A DNA stretch of 64,000 nt, from IMG/VR virus record IMGVR_UViG_3300020178_000002, positions 186,001-250,000 of that record. One strand, 5' to 3'. The position numbers and the translations under genes were made by a program. Numbering within the stretch: position 1 is the stretch's first letter; the number at the start of each line of letters is the position of its first letter. Shown piece after piece: positions 1 to 9,962 of this stretch. The notes under the pieces are model-generated. The model ran no database searches. It saw nothing but the letters and a program-made list of their open reading frames with translations, and was not told where the DNA came from.

Positions 1-267
1 CAGGCACAGATAGCCCTGTCACATGATTCTTCTAGGACTACAAAACAATCTTACATAAACCCAGAAGTCATTCTTCACTTCTTAAGCACGGCAAACTTGA
101 AAGGGTCTTTAAAAGACACTATTCTAAAAGGAAAGACGAAACTACACTTTGATCCTCAAATGTTTTTAAGGCAGTCTCAAAGAGTAGCTTCGTCTTTTAA
201 ATTTTCTGGTGAAGTATCAGGGTTCACCCTACATAACATGGTAGAATTGTTAGAACACATTATTTAA
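1..267 (+). CDS. 5'-truncated CDS: C-terminus of a DNA topoisomerase IB / tyrosine-recombinase-superfamily protein
   Basis: Frame 1 is open from base 1 to TAA at 265-267 (not in the ORF track). It reads ...QIALSHDSSRTTKQSYINPEVILHFL..., like the TopIB catalytic segment (H/N...SYIHP), and also contains RVAS. Confidence 0.55.
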   Translation, partial: QAQIALSHDSSRTTKQSYINPEVILHFLSTANLKGSLKDTILKGKTKLHFDPQMFLRQSQRVASSFKFSGEVSGFTLHNMVELLEHII

Positions 268-277
268 GGGGTTTTTT

Positions 278-838
278 ATGAGTAATGACTTTGGTGGGGG
301 TAATGAAAGATCTCTCTATATTCCAATGAGTGAAATAGAGATGGAGTTTATCCATAGACTTGTAGAGGCAAAAGAAATCTATGTAGAGATACATGGCTGG
401 GGTCACATCAACCAACCAACTATTACCTTTGGAGATAAGAATCTTCATGTTGGTTTTAAGATGTTCTTTGACAGACCAAACTTTCCAATGCCTGTTTACT
501 TCTTTGATATGGAACTTAAGACTAGATCAAACATTACTCTTTTTAGGGAGAAGATGTCTGCCATGTATGGGGGAGAGCCTTTGAGTGTAATGGAGGGCTT
601 AGAGCTTGATATGGTCTGGGATATATCTATCAAATACATAGACCCTAAACTAATAAAAGCCTTGATGCCAAACACTTTAGGTTTAACAACAAGGCTTCAA
701 GATACTGCCACTCATGATATTACAGTGACAGGTAATATGTCTCTGAATCGAGACTTAAAAGAAAAGGCTTACCATTTAGATCAAATGGAAAAACTAATAA
801 AGGCCGATAACATGCGAAAGATAAAGACTAACTCTTAA
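278..838 (+). CDS. hypothetical protein (186 aa)
   Basis: ORF follows the upstream CDS with an AAGGGG RBS; no recognisable motif. Confidence 0.7.
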   Translation: MSNDFGGGNERSLYIPMSEIEMEFIHRLVEAKEIYVEIHGWGHINQPTITFGDKNLHVGFKMFFDRPNFPMPVYFFDMELKTRSNITLFREKMSAMYGGEPLSVMEGLELDMVWDISIKYIDPKLIKALMPNTLGLTTRLQDTATHDITVTGNMSLNRDLKEKAYHLDQMEKLIKADNMRKIKTNS

Positions 839-3017
839 AGAGACTTGGATAGTACAGTACTAACTGTCTCCCATACTTTCTTAGGGTAGACCAAACATAC
901 TTTTGAAGATCCACATCGTTTTCAAGTAGTCCACTAATACGAATATGTCTCATATTGTGAGAGTCTGGCTTATTGAAACCAACATTATCTTTCAAGGAAG
1001 CACCATCGCAACGCTCTAGCATTAGATTTAATGCGTCAAAAATATCTTGAGCTTGCTGAGAGTCTGGTGTAGGCAATAGCTTCGAATCGCCAAGAGATTT
1101 CTTAATAGATTTAACTTTCAATGAAGCTTGAGCTTTCATGAGCTTATCAGAAGCTCTTTTAATTGCTTTTTCTCGAGCTTTCATTCTAGCTTCTCTATCT
1201 AAAACACTCTCTTCTTTGATTTGAGAACTAAGGCCATTCTGGTTGCTATTTGGTGTATATTCAATAGAGCCTTCTGCATCAATTGCAGCGTGGATCATTT
1301 TAGCCTTACTATCTAAGATGTTGTATAAGTGAACATCAAGAGAGCAGTTGCTTACTAATCTGATATATTGAAGATTAGAAGCAGTCTGACCGATACGACA
1401 AATTCGATCTTCAGCTTGTAGATTAAGAGCAGGATTCCACTCTAGGTCTACAAAAATCATCTTACTTGCATTTGTAAGAGTAAGACCAACACCACCAGCT
1501 TTGATTGTTAAGGCAATGCCTTTTAGAAATCCATCTTGAAATTTATGAACAAGGTTATTTCTTTCTACAAGACTAGTATCAGATGTAATCACACCCCATC
1601 CATCTCTGACAGAAAGAGCTTCTACAGGTGCTTTATGTGCAGAGAAAACAACTAGAGGTTCATCAGCTTCTTCAAAACTCTCAACAAGATTTAACAAAGC
1701 TGGGATCTTATCTTTAGCAAGCTTTGCCCTTGCTTCTGAGAACTCTTGGAAGTCTGGCAAGCTATCTTGGACTCGAACATCTTTAATCTTCTCATATGCA
1801 ATCTCTAGCATCTGGAAAAGACTTTGATCTTTCACTTCTACAAGCATATCTTGATATTGCTTAGGTGGCAAGTCAGTTAAAACATCAGACTTGAGTCTGC
1901 GTTTCATAACTTTCTTTAACAATAAAGGAACTTCATTAGTAGGTGTTCCAAATTTCCAGCCATACATTCCTTTAGAAGCATTCATGCTAGAGGTGAAGTG
2001 ATTCCAGCTTGTAAAGACCTCTCTTTCCATATCGAAAGAGCTTAGAATACCCCATAGATCCATACCCTTTGATAAGATTGGAGTACCTGTCATTGCCCAA
2101 ACTTTACCACATAGCTTTGATAGCACTTTTGTTCTTTGGCTTTTCTTTGCCTTTGGGTTTTTACAAACATGTGCTTCATCAGCAATGAGGATTGTTTCTT
2201 TCAAGAGAGGCTTCCATGCCTCTGGGCAATTACTTGAATTACCATACTTATCAAGAGGGTCAAATACTTGTGGTAAGATGTCGTAGTTGAGGATAACAAC
2301 CTCACCTTTATCAGGTGGGAAGAATGAGTTCTTCCCATTACAAGTGACAGAAACTAAATCTGGTCGCCATTGTCTTACTTCCTTAGCTACATTAGCTTTA
2401 AGGGTAGCAGGGCAAAGGAATATTGCTCTAGCATCCTTTGGTAGAGCTAAAATAGACTGCATTGTCTTACCCAAGCCCATATCATCTCCAAGAAGTGCCT
2501 TTTTCTTTCCAGCAAGAAACTCAATACCCTCAAGTTGGTAAGGGTAAGCACCTACTGATTGTGCATTATCAATAGTGTCTTGGTAGTCTGGGCTTACGCT
2601 AACTTGATCAAAGCCCTCTGGCATCTTCAAGTTTAGCTTCTTGCAAGACTCTACTACAATCTTTCGATCTTCAGGCTCAATAGAAACAGACCAGATTTTA
2701 GTATCTGGATTAAACTTAGCACCTGGAATTGTTCTAATTACAGGGATTGCATCCCAATCCACAGGGTTGATTAAGATATTACCCTCTGGAGTAATCTCTC
2801 TTTTTGGCTCTAAAAACTCTCTAAGCCCTTCAACCATGTCTACACAAATACTGCTGCTACATACAGCTTTATAACCTTCGTTGAAGTACTTGTATGCAAA
2901 TCCTTGGCCTTCGGCAAGTGGTGTCTTACATTTCGCACAAAAAGAGTTGTACTTATTCAGAAAAGCCTTTTCTAATTTTCCATTCTGAGAAACATTTTGT
3001 GATCCCCATTTAAACAT
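828..3017 (-). CDS. SNF2/SWI2-family (SF2) helicase, HARP/SMARCAL1-like
   Basis: Motifs LGDDMGLGKT, IADEAH, AMTGTP, GGVGLTLT and QAEDRICRIGQ. Confidence 0.9.
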   Translation of the reverse strand: MFKWGSQNVSQNGKLEKAFLNKYNSFCAKCKTPLAEGQGFAYKYFNEGYKAVCSSSICVDMVEGLREFLEPKREITPEGNILINPVDWDAIPVIRTIPGAKFNPDTKIWSVSIEPEDRKIVVESCKKLNLKMPEGFDQVSVSPDYQDTIDNAQSVGAYPYQLEGIEFLAGKKKALLGDDMGLGKTMQSILALPKDARAIFLCPATLKANVAKEVRQWRPDLVSVTCNGKNSFFPPDKGEVVILNYDILPQVFDPLDKYGNSSNCPEAWKPLLKETILIADEAHVCKNPKAKKSQRTKVLSKLCGKVWAMTGTPILSKGMDLWGILSSFDMEREVFTSWNHFTSSMNASKGMYGWKFGTPTNEVPLLLKKVMKRRLKSDVLTDLPPKQYQDMLVEVKDQSLFQMLEIAYEKIKDVRVQDSLPDFQEFSEARAKLAKDKIPALLNLVESFEEADEPLVVFSAHKAPVEALSVRDGWGVITSDTSLVERNNLVHKFQDGFLKGIALTIKAGGVGLTLTNASKMIFVDLEWNPALNLQAEDRICRIGQTASNLQYIRLVSNCSLDVHLYNILDSKAKMIHAAIDAEGSIEYTPNSNQNGLSSQIKEESVLDREARMKAREKAIKRASDKLMKAQASLKVKSIKKSLGDSKLLPTPDSQQAQDIFDALNLMLERCDGASLKDNVGFNKPDSHNMRHIRISGLLENDVDLQKYVWSTLRKYGRQLVLYYPSLFKS

Positions 3018-3087
3018 AACATACCTCTTTCTAATAACTCGTAATATATACTAGTATTATCGAAAGAAGCTAAGGGGGGGCATATAT

Positions 3088-4737
3088 TTATAGTCTTAAG
3101 AACCTTTTCCATCCACCCATTGCTTTTTCAGAACCGACAACAAGAAGGGAGATCAGCCAAGCAACCAGCATCGCTTGATACTGACCTGCTGTGAGGTAAT
3201 CTTTAAAAGTAAATAAAGCAAACAGAGAACCTAGTGTGCTGTGGTCAAAGAACATGAAAACTGTTTTAACCAAAAGCTTTGCTTTACTCGCACTTAGTTT
3301 TAATAGGCGAACCATTGTTTTTACAAATGTAGCTTCTGCTTTTTCATAATCTAAAGGGGTCTCTCCTATAATCCTTTGTAATCTCCCCCCATGAAAGAAC
3401 ATCCATTCATCAATAGTAAAGATCAAATCCTTGTAGTAGTTCTCTGGGCTTGTTTTAACTTCTTCCGCTTTAGCTTTCTTCTTTGCCCATGTCATCAAAC
3501 TATTCAAAGTATATTTTCTGCCGTTCTCATTTCGAATTGTAATATTTGATTTTAGTTTTTTACAGGCAGTGAATCTCACAAGCGTTAAGTTGTACCTTTC
3601 CAGATCTTTAGCTAGAGCTTCTTCTGCTTTGTCGAAAGCAATATCTTTCCAATAGTCAAGTTTAGTTTCTAATCCCTTTCTCATCTTTTCTTTATCTGCA
3701 GCAGGGATTTCTTTTTTCTCAAGCTTCTTAAGAAGTTCCATAAGGTAATCAGATTTATTAAAGAGAGCAGAGATTGTAGCATTGTTCAATAAAGATGCTT
3801 CTCTTACATTTGAAGGTATTGGCATTGGGTTGAACTTTGAAGCTAATTCAACCATCTCCCTATCTTCATGGACTAACCTTTGCCTATACCAATCACCACC
3901 CATAGTAATGAGAGCATAATTGGTTCTATCAAGATTTCTTTCTAACTTAGCTAAGTTCTTTGGCAGGGCTTGTAAGTTATCACCGATGTGCTTATAGACT
4001 TCTTCCCTCAAAGGAGATTTCTCTAGTGAGCTAAGAAGCTGGTTGACAGTTAATCTGATAATGTGTGCTTCAACCCTAGCTTGAGAGACACCACTTGATA
4101 AGATTGACCAGCTAGCTTGGCTTGAACCAACTCTCTTAAGTCTTTGTAAATCACTTTGGGCAGACTCCCAGAAAAGGTTCGGAGCTTCCATTGTCTTGAA
4201 AAAAAGAAAAAAGAATCCAGACCCGAAGATCTTTAAGCCAATCTTTAATAGGAGAGCACCTACTTTCCCATACCTCTTAAGCTTGTTTTTCACATATCGA
4301 ATCTCTGACCCTTTCTGTGGGTATTTAGGTTCTTCACCTAAGAGAGACTGCAAAAAGCTACCATGCTTAATCATCCATGCGTCAAAAATATCATAGAGAT
4401 CCTCAGCCCACTCTTTTGCATCTTCATCATTTCCAGGTGCAGAGAAGTTAGTTTCATGTCTATATAAGAATGTTTGTATTGAAAATACTTCACCAGTTAA
4501 GAAGGGAAAGTCACTCTGATCCGCATAGGGTACAAAGAAAGGCTTTTTTAGCCTTAGCTTTATATTCCAGAGCAAGCTCTTTTTCAGATCAAAACTAACT
4601 AAATCTATACCTAAGGGCTTTAACGCTTTCTTCAAATCTTCCTTAGCAATTTGGATTTCAGAAGCTTTCAACTTCTTCATTTCTTCTAGTATCTTCTTTG
4701 CTTTCTCGATTTCAGTGTTCATAATAACTCCTACCAC
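3088..4737 (-). CDS. hypothetical protein with C-terminal hydrophobic helices (549 aa), probable virion protein
   Basis: Long ORF with hydrophobic segments near the C-terminus and an internal REAS motif. Confidence 0.7.
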   Translation of the reverse strand: MVGVIMNTEIEKAKKILEEMKKLKASEIQIAKEDLKKALKPLGIDLVSFDLKKSLLWNIKLRLKKPFFVPYADQSDFPFLTGEVFSIQTFLYRHETNFSAPGNDEDAKEWAEDLYDIFDAWMIKHGSFLQSLLGEEPKYPQKGSEIRYVKNKLKRYGKVGALLLKIGLKIFGSGFFFLFFKTMEAPNLFWESAQSDLQRLKRVGSSQASWSILSSGVSQARVEAHIIRLTVNQLLSSLEKSPLREEVYKHIGDNLQALPKNLAKLERNLDRTNYALITMGGDWYRQRLVHEDREMVELASKFNPMPIPSNVREASLLNNATISALFNKSDYLMELLKKLEKKEIPAADKEKMRKGLETKLDYWKDIAFDKAEEALAKDLERYNLTLVRFTACKKLKSNITIRNENGRKYTLNSLMTWAKKKAKAEEVKTSPENYYKDLIFTIDEWMFFHGGRLQRIIGETPLDYEKAEATFVKTMVRLLKLSASKAKLLVKTVFMFFDHSTLGSLFALFTFKDYLTAGQYQAMLVAWLISLLVVGSEKAMGGWKRFLRL

Positions 4738-5465
4738 TTAATCTTGAACTTGATTTTTATTTGAGTGTCTTCACTGACGACACTTTCGGGAGGTCGAGTA
4801 TCGAAGTTATAGTTCAGCTCATTTACTACTGAAAATACCTTATTGATCTTGAACTCAATAGACCCTGTAGTCAGTATTCTGTAGTCTGAAAAGTTGTTAA
4901 ACAAAGGCTGATAATAGGTGATAATCTGACCTTTGATGTGATCATCCCAACTTTTTCCAATCTTCAAATAAGAAGTCCCTCTCGGGTTTAAAGATTTTTT
5001 ATTTGAACCTTTAATCTTCTCATAATCAGACATTCCCCCTATGCCCACAGCTATTAATTCTTTCAAGAAAGTAAATCTTAAACCACAACCTGTGAGCTGT
5101 CTCAAAGTAAGGAGTTTAAAATCATCTTTCTGGAATTGAGTGAATACCTCTGTTCCTAAATTACTCCACCACATTGCTGTCCATCTTAAGTGAGAATAAG
5201 ACTCGTTTTGAAAGGTACTCTCTTGGTTTTCACCATGAGAAGTAGAGCCTATAATCAAACCATGATGGATATCTCCTACAAAGTCTAACCTAAGACCTGC
5301 TTGGTATTGAAAGACACTTACGTTCCCTCTTTGAAGGAAGAGACTAGATTCCACAGACCCATGAGATCCTTTAGGTTTAGAACCTCGATCACTTTCAATA
5401 TTAACGACCTGCCCATAAGAATATAAAGGCAGAGAAAGTAAGATAGACAGCAACAAGTTTCTCAT
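4731..5465 (-). CDS. outer-membrane beta-barrel protein, DUF481/YdiY-like
   Basis: Signal peptide MRNLLLSILLSLPLYSYG-Q, alternating beta-strand pattern, C-terminal beta-signal ending IKIKFKIKW. Confidence 0.7.
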   Translation of the reverse strand: MRNLLLSILLSLPLYSYGQVVNIESDRGSKPKGSHGSVESSLFLQRGNVSVFQYQAGLRLDFVGDIHHGLIIGSTSHGENQESTFQNESYSHLRWTAMWWSNLGTEVFTQFQKDDFKLLTLRQLTGCGLRFTFLKELIAVGIGGMSDYEKIKGSNKKSLNPRGTSYLKIGKSWDDHIKGQIITYYQPLFNNFSDYRILTTGSIEFKINKVFSVVNELNYNFDTRPPESVVSEDTQIKIKFKIKW

Positions 5466-5953
5466 AGCAAATCTACTTCAACTACAGGAGGGTGGTTTTC
5501 TAAAAGTAGCTTTGCAAAAGGACATCTTTTTCTTTTAGCATAGGCTTTCAAAAAAGGAAGATGTTCTCTATCTCTTGTGTGTAAAGAGTGTGCAATCTCT
5601 CCAGCATATAAAATGAGGTCTGAAATTGACTTGTGACAAGCTTTTACACAAGAAGGTTTATATCCCATAGGTCCTTTCAAAACCCTAACAGGGGCTTTAT
5701 TTATGAGACATTGACCAGAGAGTGCTTTTGCAGCAGGACATCTACTAACATTCCCTCTCATGGCAAGATAAGAACCAGATTCTTGGTGCTTATTCTCTAG
5801 AGACCTAGACATAGACTCAGTTTTCTTCTGCAACTTGCGTATTGCAGATTCGACATCTCTTTGCACAGCTTTACTAAAACCAAACATTCCAGAGGCTGCT
5901 TGCTTTTCCATGTGTAGAGAGGCAACTCTTTGAATACGATTCATTATAGCCAC
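5462..5953 (-). CDS. hypothetical protein with RVASL...EKQAA leader
   Basis: 163 aa ORF coupled to both neighbours; Cys-containing internal repeat (RCPAAKAL / RCPFAKLL). Confidence 0.7.
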   Translation of the reverse strand: MAIMNRIQRVASLHMEKQAASGMFGFSKAVQRDVESAIRKLQKKTESMSRSLENKHQESGSYLAMRGNVSRCPAAKALSGQCLINKAPVRVLKGPMGYKPSCVKACHKSISDLILYAGEIAHSLHTRDREHLPFLKAYAKRKRCPFAKLLLENHPPVVEVDLL

Positions 5954-6897
5954 CTTGCTTTCTTTTTTTTAACAAAGCGACCTTTGGCCATACCATCTTG
6001 AAGATTATGCTCCTGGATGTTCTGATTTAATCTGGCTGGGTTGAGTTTGCCTTTATTATATGCACCCTCATAGTAAGCCATTTCAGGATGTTTCTCTAAG
6101 TGATCTTCCCATTCTTTTTTAGTCCACTTACGACCAGCCATTCTTTCCTCTTCTTCTGAAAAGAGGTCGAATGCAGACTTGTGCTTTTCTTTAACATCTT
6201 TATACTTTTCAGTATTGGCATCAAAGATTTCTGCGTCTTCTGGATTTTCCTCTTTCCACTTTAACCACTCTTTTCTTCCTTTAGGACCTTCATGGAAGCG
6301 ATTGGTCTTGTAGAACTCAGAAAAGTGTTCATCAGCAAAGCGATGTGACCCTTCATGGAAACCATCTTCGTGGTGATGATGGTGATCATGATGGTGGTCG
6401 TGATGGTCATCATGATGGTGTGTTTTATGAGTATCTCTATACCCAAAGTATCTCGCAACATCAGTAAGAGCAGCGTGTGCGTGAGAGATTTTGTCTTCTA
6501 CCCAATCATCTAAGTGGGGAGAATCTTCCATCATCTCCATCAACATATCAAGTTGGTCATGCATCTCCCTAAGATTTTGCCTACTCATGTAAGAGTGGTC
6601 ATGCTCATCATGTCCAGCATATTTCGAAAGATCACTATCTTCTGCCCAGAAGTGATCTTCGCCATCATATAAAAGGTAAGATGCATTTTTCTTGTTAATG
6701 CCCTCAACTAAACAAGAGCTGTCACCATAGCTAACAACATCTCCTTCAGAAAAAGCCATTCTTGAGGGGAGTGTGCTGTCCTCATAGTCTTCTTCTAAGT
6801 AATCATCTTCAATCAGCTCATCCTCAGCGAGGAAGTCAGCAGCTCTTTTATCGTGAAAGTATTCTCTTTCAATTTGGTCAAAAATATCATCTCTCAT
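5944..6897 (-). CDS. acidic, His-rich putative virion polyprotein
   Basis: AAGGAG RBS; poly-His/Asp tract HHHDDHHDHHHDHHHHH; six [KR]-x-A sites (KRA, RMA, KYA, RFA, KSA, RMA). Confidence 0.75.
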   Translation of the reverse strand: MRDDIFDQIEREYFHDKRAADFLAEDELIEDDYLEEDYEDSTLPSRMAFSEGDVVSYGDSSCLVEGINKKNASYLLYDGEDHFWAEDSDLSKYAGHDEHDHSYMSRQNLREMHDQLDMLMEMMEDSPHLDDWVEDKISHAHAALTDVARYFGYRDTHKTHHHDDHHDHHHDHHHHHEDGFHEGSHRFADEHFSEFYKTNRFHEGPKGRKEWLKWKEENPEDAEIFDANTEKYKDVKEKHKSAFDLFSEEEERMAGRKWTKKEWEDHLEKHPEMAYYEGAYNKGKLNPARLNQNIQEHNLQDGMAKGRFVKKKKARWL

Positions 6898-6932
6898 AAT
6901 TCACTCCTTAATATTAAGTGACTATGTAGAGA

Positions 6933-6947
6933 TATAAACAAACTATA
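6933..6947 (-). promoter_or_regulatory. putative phage late promoter motif (TATAGTTTGTTTATA)
   Basis: Matches the recurring T(A/T)(A/G)TA(G/A/C)-N5-TTATA motif; lies 36 nt upstream of the 6897 start. Confidence 0.55.
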
Positions 6948-6948
6948 A

Positions 6949-7227
6949 TCAGAGAATTAAAGATCTAGGTTTCTGTTCTTTGACCAGATTTAAGATTTCT
7001 TCTAGGGATTCGGATTCTATTACAGAAGAACCATCAGACCTTAAGATATAGGTTTTGGTTTTCGGAGAGTAAGAAATACAAAGATCTATCTCTTTCTCTG
7101 TTTCGGTTATCTTTTGAAACATGAATAGGAATTCACCAAAGAAAGCTTCACCAGAAGAGACTACCTTATATTTTGCAGTGTTCTCGGACAAGAACTTTCT
7201 AATTTTGAAATCTATCTCTGGAAACAT
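6949..7227 (-). CDS. hypothetical protein (92 aa)
   Basis: ORF in the minus-strand gene run. Confidence 0.6.
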   Translation of the reverse strand: MFPEIDFKIRKFLSENTAKYKVVSSGEAFFGEFLFMFQKITETEKEIDLCISYSPKTKTYILRSDGSSVIESESLEEILNLVKEQKPRSLIL

Positions 7228-7300
7228 AACTAAAGACCATATGTTAAAACCTATTTCTTTAACATATGACCTAAAGGAAAGGGTCTGTCAAATATTTTTA

Positions 7301-7519
7301 TTAAAGACCCATCTCTACTTCCATGATCATACATTCTATTCTTCTGATCTCTTCATCTATCAAGCCTAATTTAAGGGTTTCCATGATATGCTGTTTGTTT
7401 GGTCTCTTATTCGAACCAATCATCTCATAGTATTCCTTATACAGGTTAAAAAGTTTAACTGCTTTAGATTGGGCATTGATGTATCTTGAACATACTTTCT
7501 TAGCTAGTTTATTTACCAT
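7301..7519 (-). CDS. hypothetical protein with KLAKKVCSRY leader
   Basis: Track ORF 7301..7552; the ATG at 7519 follows an AAGGAA RBS and is the likelier start. Confidence 0.6.
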   Translation of the reverse strand: MVNKLAKKVCSRYINAQSKAVKLFNLYKEYYEMIGSNKRPNKQHIMETLKLGLIDEEIRRIECMIMEVEMGL

Positions 7520-7520
7520 T

Positions 7521-7937
7521 TTAAAATTCCTTATCAAAAATAGGTCGGACATTAGGTCTGGGGTATTTTAGTTTGATCTCTGCCTTCACAGGAAGGTAGT
7601 CTCCTACAGAGAGTTTATCGAAAAGAAGGTATGCCCTGTTATATTCTTCGTAAAACCATTTTTGGATTTTCTTTTTCCCTCTGACTTCACTTACAACAAC
7701 AGACACAAGTGTTTCATCATCATGTATAAAATAAACGAATCCCCCAGCCTCTCCTCTTTTGACACCATTTATAAGAGGCTCTATTAAACCCACTGTTTTG
7801 AAATCAAGCATAAGACCATCCCAATTTTTAGATTGGGGTTTTTTTGCCAAAGCTCTCGCCTTGTCTTTAGCCCTACTATTTGATTGTCTCTCAAGACTAG
7901 CAACTCTAATTTCGAGATTCTTTAATATTTCTCTCAT
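7521..7937 (-). CDS. hypothetical protein with LEIRVASLERQS leader
   Basis: 138 aa; start coupled to the upstream gene's stop. Confidence 0.7.
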   Translation of the reverse strand: MREILKNLEIRVASLERQSNSRAKDKARALAKKPQSKNWDGLMLDFKTVGLIEPLINGVKRGEAGGFVYFIHDDETLVSVVVSEVRGKKKIQKWFYEEYNRAYLLFDKLSVGDYLPVKAEIKLKYPRPNVRPIFDKEF

Positions 7938-8278
7938 AATGTACCATCAAAGTCTTCATCTGGCTCTGGTTGACCTAAAGGTTTGGTTGGACTTTTAGGT
8001 GCAGGTGGTTTACCTCCACTGTTTTGCTCAAGAGCTGTTGTTGCTACATGAGTGTATTTGTCTAATGCTGCTTGACCTAATATATAGCCAATCTGTATGA
8101 AGCCACTTGTGACTATCATGGTAACTAGAACCATAAAGGCATAATGGTCAATTTGGGTTTTATATTCCCAGACAACATAAAACATGAGGATCTTCCAACC
8201 GATGTCTGCAATCAGATAGGCTAGGAACTTCTTGCTTTTAAGGGGGAGCTTCATTACATCTTCAACTTCTTTATTCAT
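7934..8278 (-). CDS. two-TM membrane protein (holin-like topology)
   Basis: Two hydrophobic helices and a Pro-rich charged tail. Confidence 0.6.
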   Translation of the reverse strand: MNKEVEDVMKLPLKSKKFLAYLIADIGWKILMFYVVWEYKTQIDHYAFMVLVTMIVTSGFIQIGYILGQAALDKYTHVATTALEQNSGGKPPAPKSPTKPLGQPEPDEDFDGTL

Positions 8279-8628
8279 AATCTCACCTTCAACTTAGATT
8301 TAGGGTTGCTTTGGTTTGCTTGCTGGTTAATTAAGTTTCGATTAGGGTTTCGAATTGCCAGCTTGTTCATAGATTTTTGGAAGTCATCTTCAACAGCTTG
8401 GTCATACTTTTGAGGTGCTCTGCTGAATGCATATATTTCATTCAGCCTTTCCTGCTCAAGTTCAGTCATTGAGGGCAAGAGAGCTAAGAAATCATCTCTT
8501 GCTTTCTGGTTACCATCAGAAAGAAATTCCATGATGAGGTATGCAGGCAATATAGGAGGGTTATCAGGGTCTCCCTCTATACCCTTAAGGGTATTAACCC
8601 CTGTTTTTCTTATCCAATAATTCATCAC
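8275..8628 (-). CDS. hypothetical protein (117 aa)
   Basis: ORF coupled to its neighbours. Confidence 0.65.
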   Translation of the reverse strand: MMNYWIRKTGVNTLKGIEGDPDNPPILPAYLIMEFLSDGNQKARDDFLALLPSMTELEQERLNEIYAFSRAPQKYDQAVEDDFQKSMNKLAIRNPNRNLINQQANQSNPKSKLKVRL

Positions 8629-9088
8629 CAGACTCTTTTTCTTTCTTAGATTTTGGAATCCACTCTGCTACTACACCTTTAAGTTCCACATCTTCCTCTG
8701 TCTTTGTCTTAATAACCCCACCATAGTTGACAAAGACAGAGAGCTTCTCAATAACAGCAGTCTGGAGTTCAAAGATTTGTTCCCGAAGCATTTGCATTTG
8801 GATCTGGGCATCTCTTAACCTTCCAATAAGTGCTTCTCTATCTGCATTTGCTTTTGCCAGCTTATCCTTCAAATCTTCAACTTCAGAAGGATCACGACCA
8901 GATGCAATAGCCATCATTGATGAAATAGAGCCTGTGATAACACCCAAGATACCAACAAGGACATCTCTATTTTGATCAACAATCTGCACATAGCTTAGGA
9001 AAACTATAAGCATAACTACTATAACTAAAAAGAATACAGAGAACCACCATCCTCTTTTGACTTTCAAATCTTCTTTATTGTCATTCAT
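8594..9088 (-). CDS. two-TM protein with coiled-coil tail
   Basis: WWFSVFFLVIVVMLIVFL and VLVGILGVITGSISSMMAIA helices, then a heptad-rich segment. Confidence 0.7.
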   Translation of the reverse strand: MNDNKEDLKVKRGWWFSVFFLVIVVMLIVFLSYVQIVDQNRDVLVGILGVITGSISSMMAIASGRDPSEVEDLKDKLAKANADREALIGRLRDAQIQMQMLREQIFELQTAVIEKLSVFVNYGGVIKTKTEEDVELKGVVAEWIPKSKKEKESGDELLDKKNRG

Positions 9089-9103
9089 GCCTAAACTCTT
9101 TTC

Positions 9104-9958
9104 TCAAGACGCTATTGTCTTGCTGAAAGCTTCTTTAATCATCTCAATAAAAAAAGAGATATAGTCCACCCACCAAAAATAATGGTCTACTCCCCATAGT
9201 TTTCGAGCACTTGGGTTGCTTAGGAATGGATACACCAATGCAATCATATATATAAGGTTTATGACAGCAAGTCTCTGCATAACCCACCACAGGTGTTCTT
9301 TTAACTTCCTATCTCTCATCCTGCTTTTAATTTTTCTTGGGCCACCTATCCTCTTTACTTTTTCAGAAGATGGGGGAGGCTGTAAAGACTCAATAGTTTT
9401 TCCCACAGCGTATACCTCTTGTGGTTCTCTTACACCCTTAAACCTATACAAGCCAACACAAACATACCTTGTTCCTTTAGGAAGAATTCCATTGATACGC
9501 TTTCTTAAATTAATAACGGCTTCTTTTGTTAAAAGAATCTGCTTTGCTTGACATAAGCTCATAGTACGAGCAGCTATGTTTTTTGATAAGCCTTCCAACT
9601 CCACTCTTTTAGCACCAGCACCTACAAACAGGTCATCTTGTTTAACTTCAACAATCTTTCCCCAGTGGATACCTATTCTACTGTTAAGATTCAATTTGGC
9701 AGGTATCATATCTTGATATGCCAGAGCGAAATTTACAGCATCTATAGTCCTCTCAAAAGAAAGTAGAAAGCCATCAGACCTATCAATCTCTCTTCCTTGA
9801 TACTTATAAACTAGAGATCTTGTCATTCGGTCATGTACTTGAAACCATTGAGCAGCGACATGAGCACCATTTTTTTGAACAAAAGCAGTAGACCCTATTA
9901 TATCTAACAAGACTATAGCTAAATATCTTTCTTTCATGTCTACTGTAATAGGTCTCAT
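9104..9958 (-). CDS. class III nucleotide (adenylate/guanylate-type) cyclase with C-terminal TM helix
   Basis: LLDIIGST (first metal Asp), RSDGFLLSF (second Asp), RIGIHWG, GLSKNIAAR (Asn/Arg), YRFKGV. Confidence 0.85.
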   Translation of the reverse strand: MRPITVDMKERYLAIVLLDIIGSTAFVQKNGAHVAAQWFQVHDRMTRSLVYKYQGREIDRSDGFLLSFERTIDAVNFALAYQDMIPAKLNLNSRIGIHWGKIVEVKQDDLFVGAGAKRVELEGLSKNIAARTMSLCQAKQILLTKEAVINLRKRINGILPKGTRYVCVGLYRFKGVREPQEVYAVGKTIESLQPPPSSEKVKRIGGPRKIKSRMRDRKLKEHLWWVMQRLAVINLIYMIALVYPFLSNPSARKLWGVDHYFWWVDYISFFIEMIKEAFSKTIAS

Positions 9959-9962
9959 CAGT

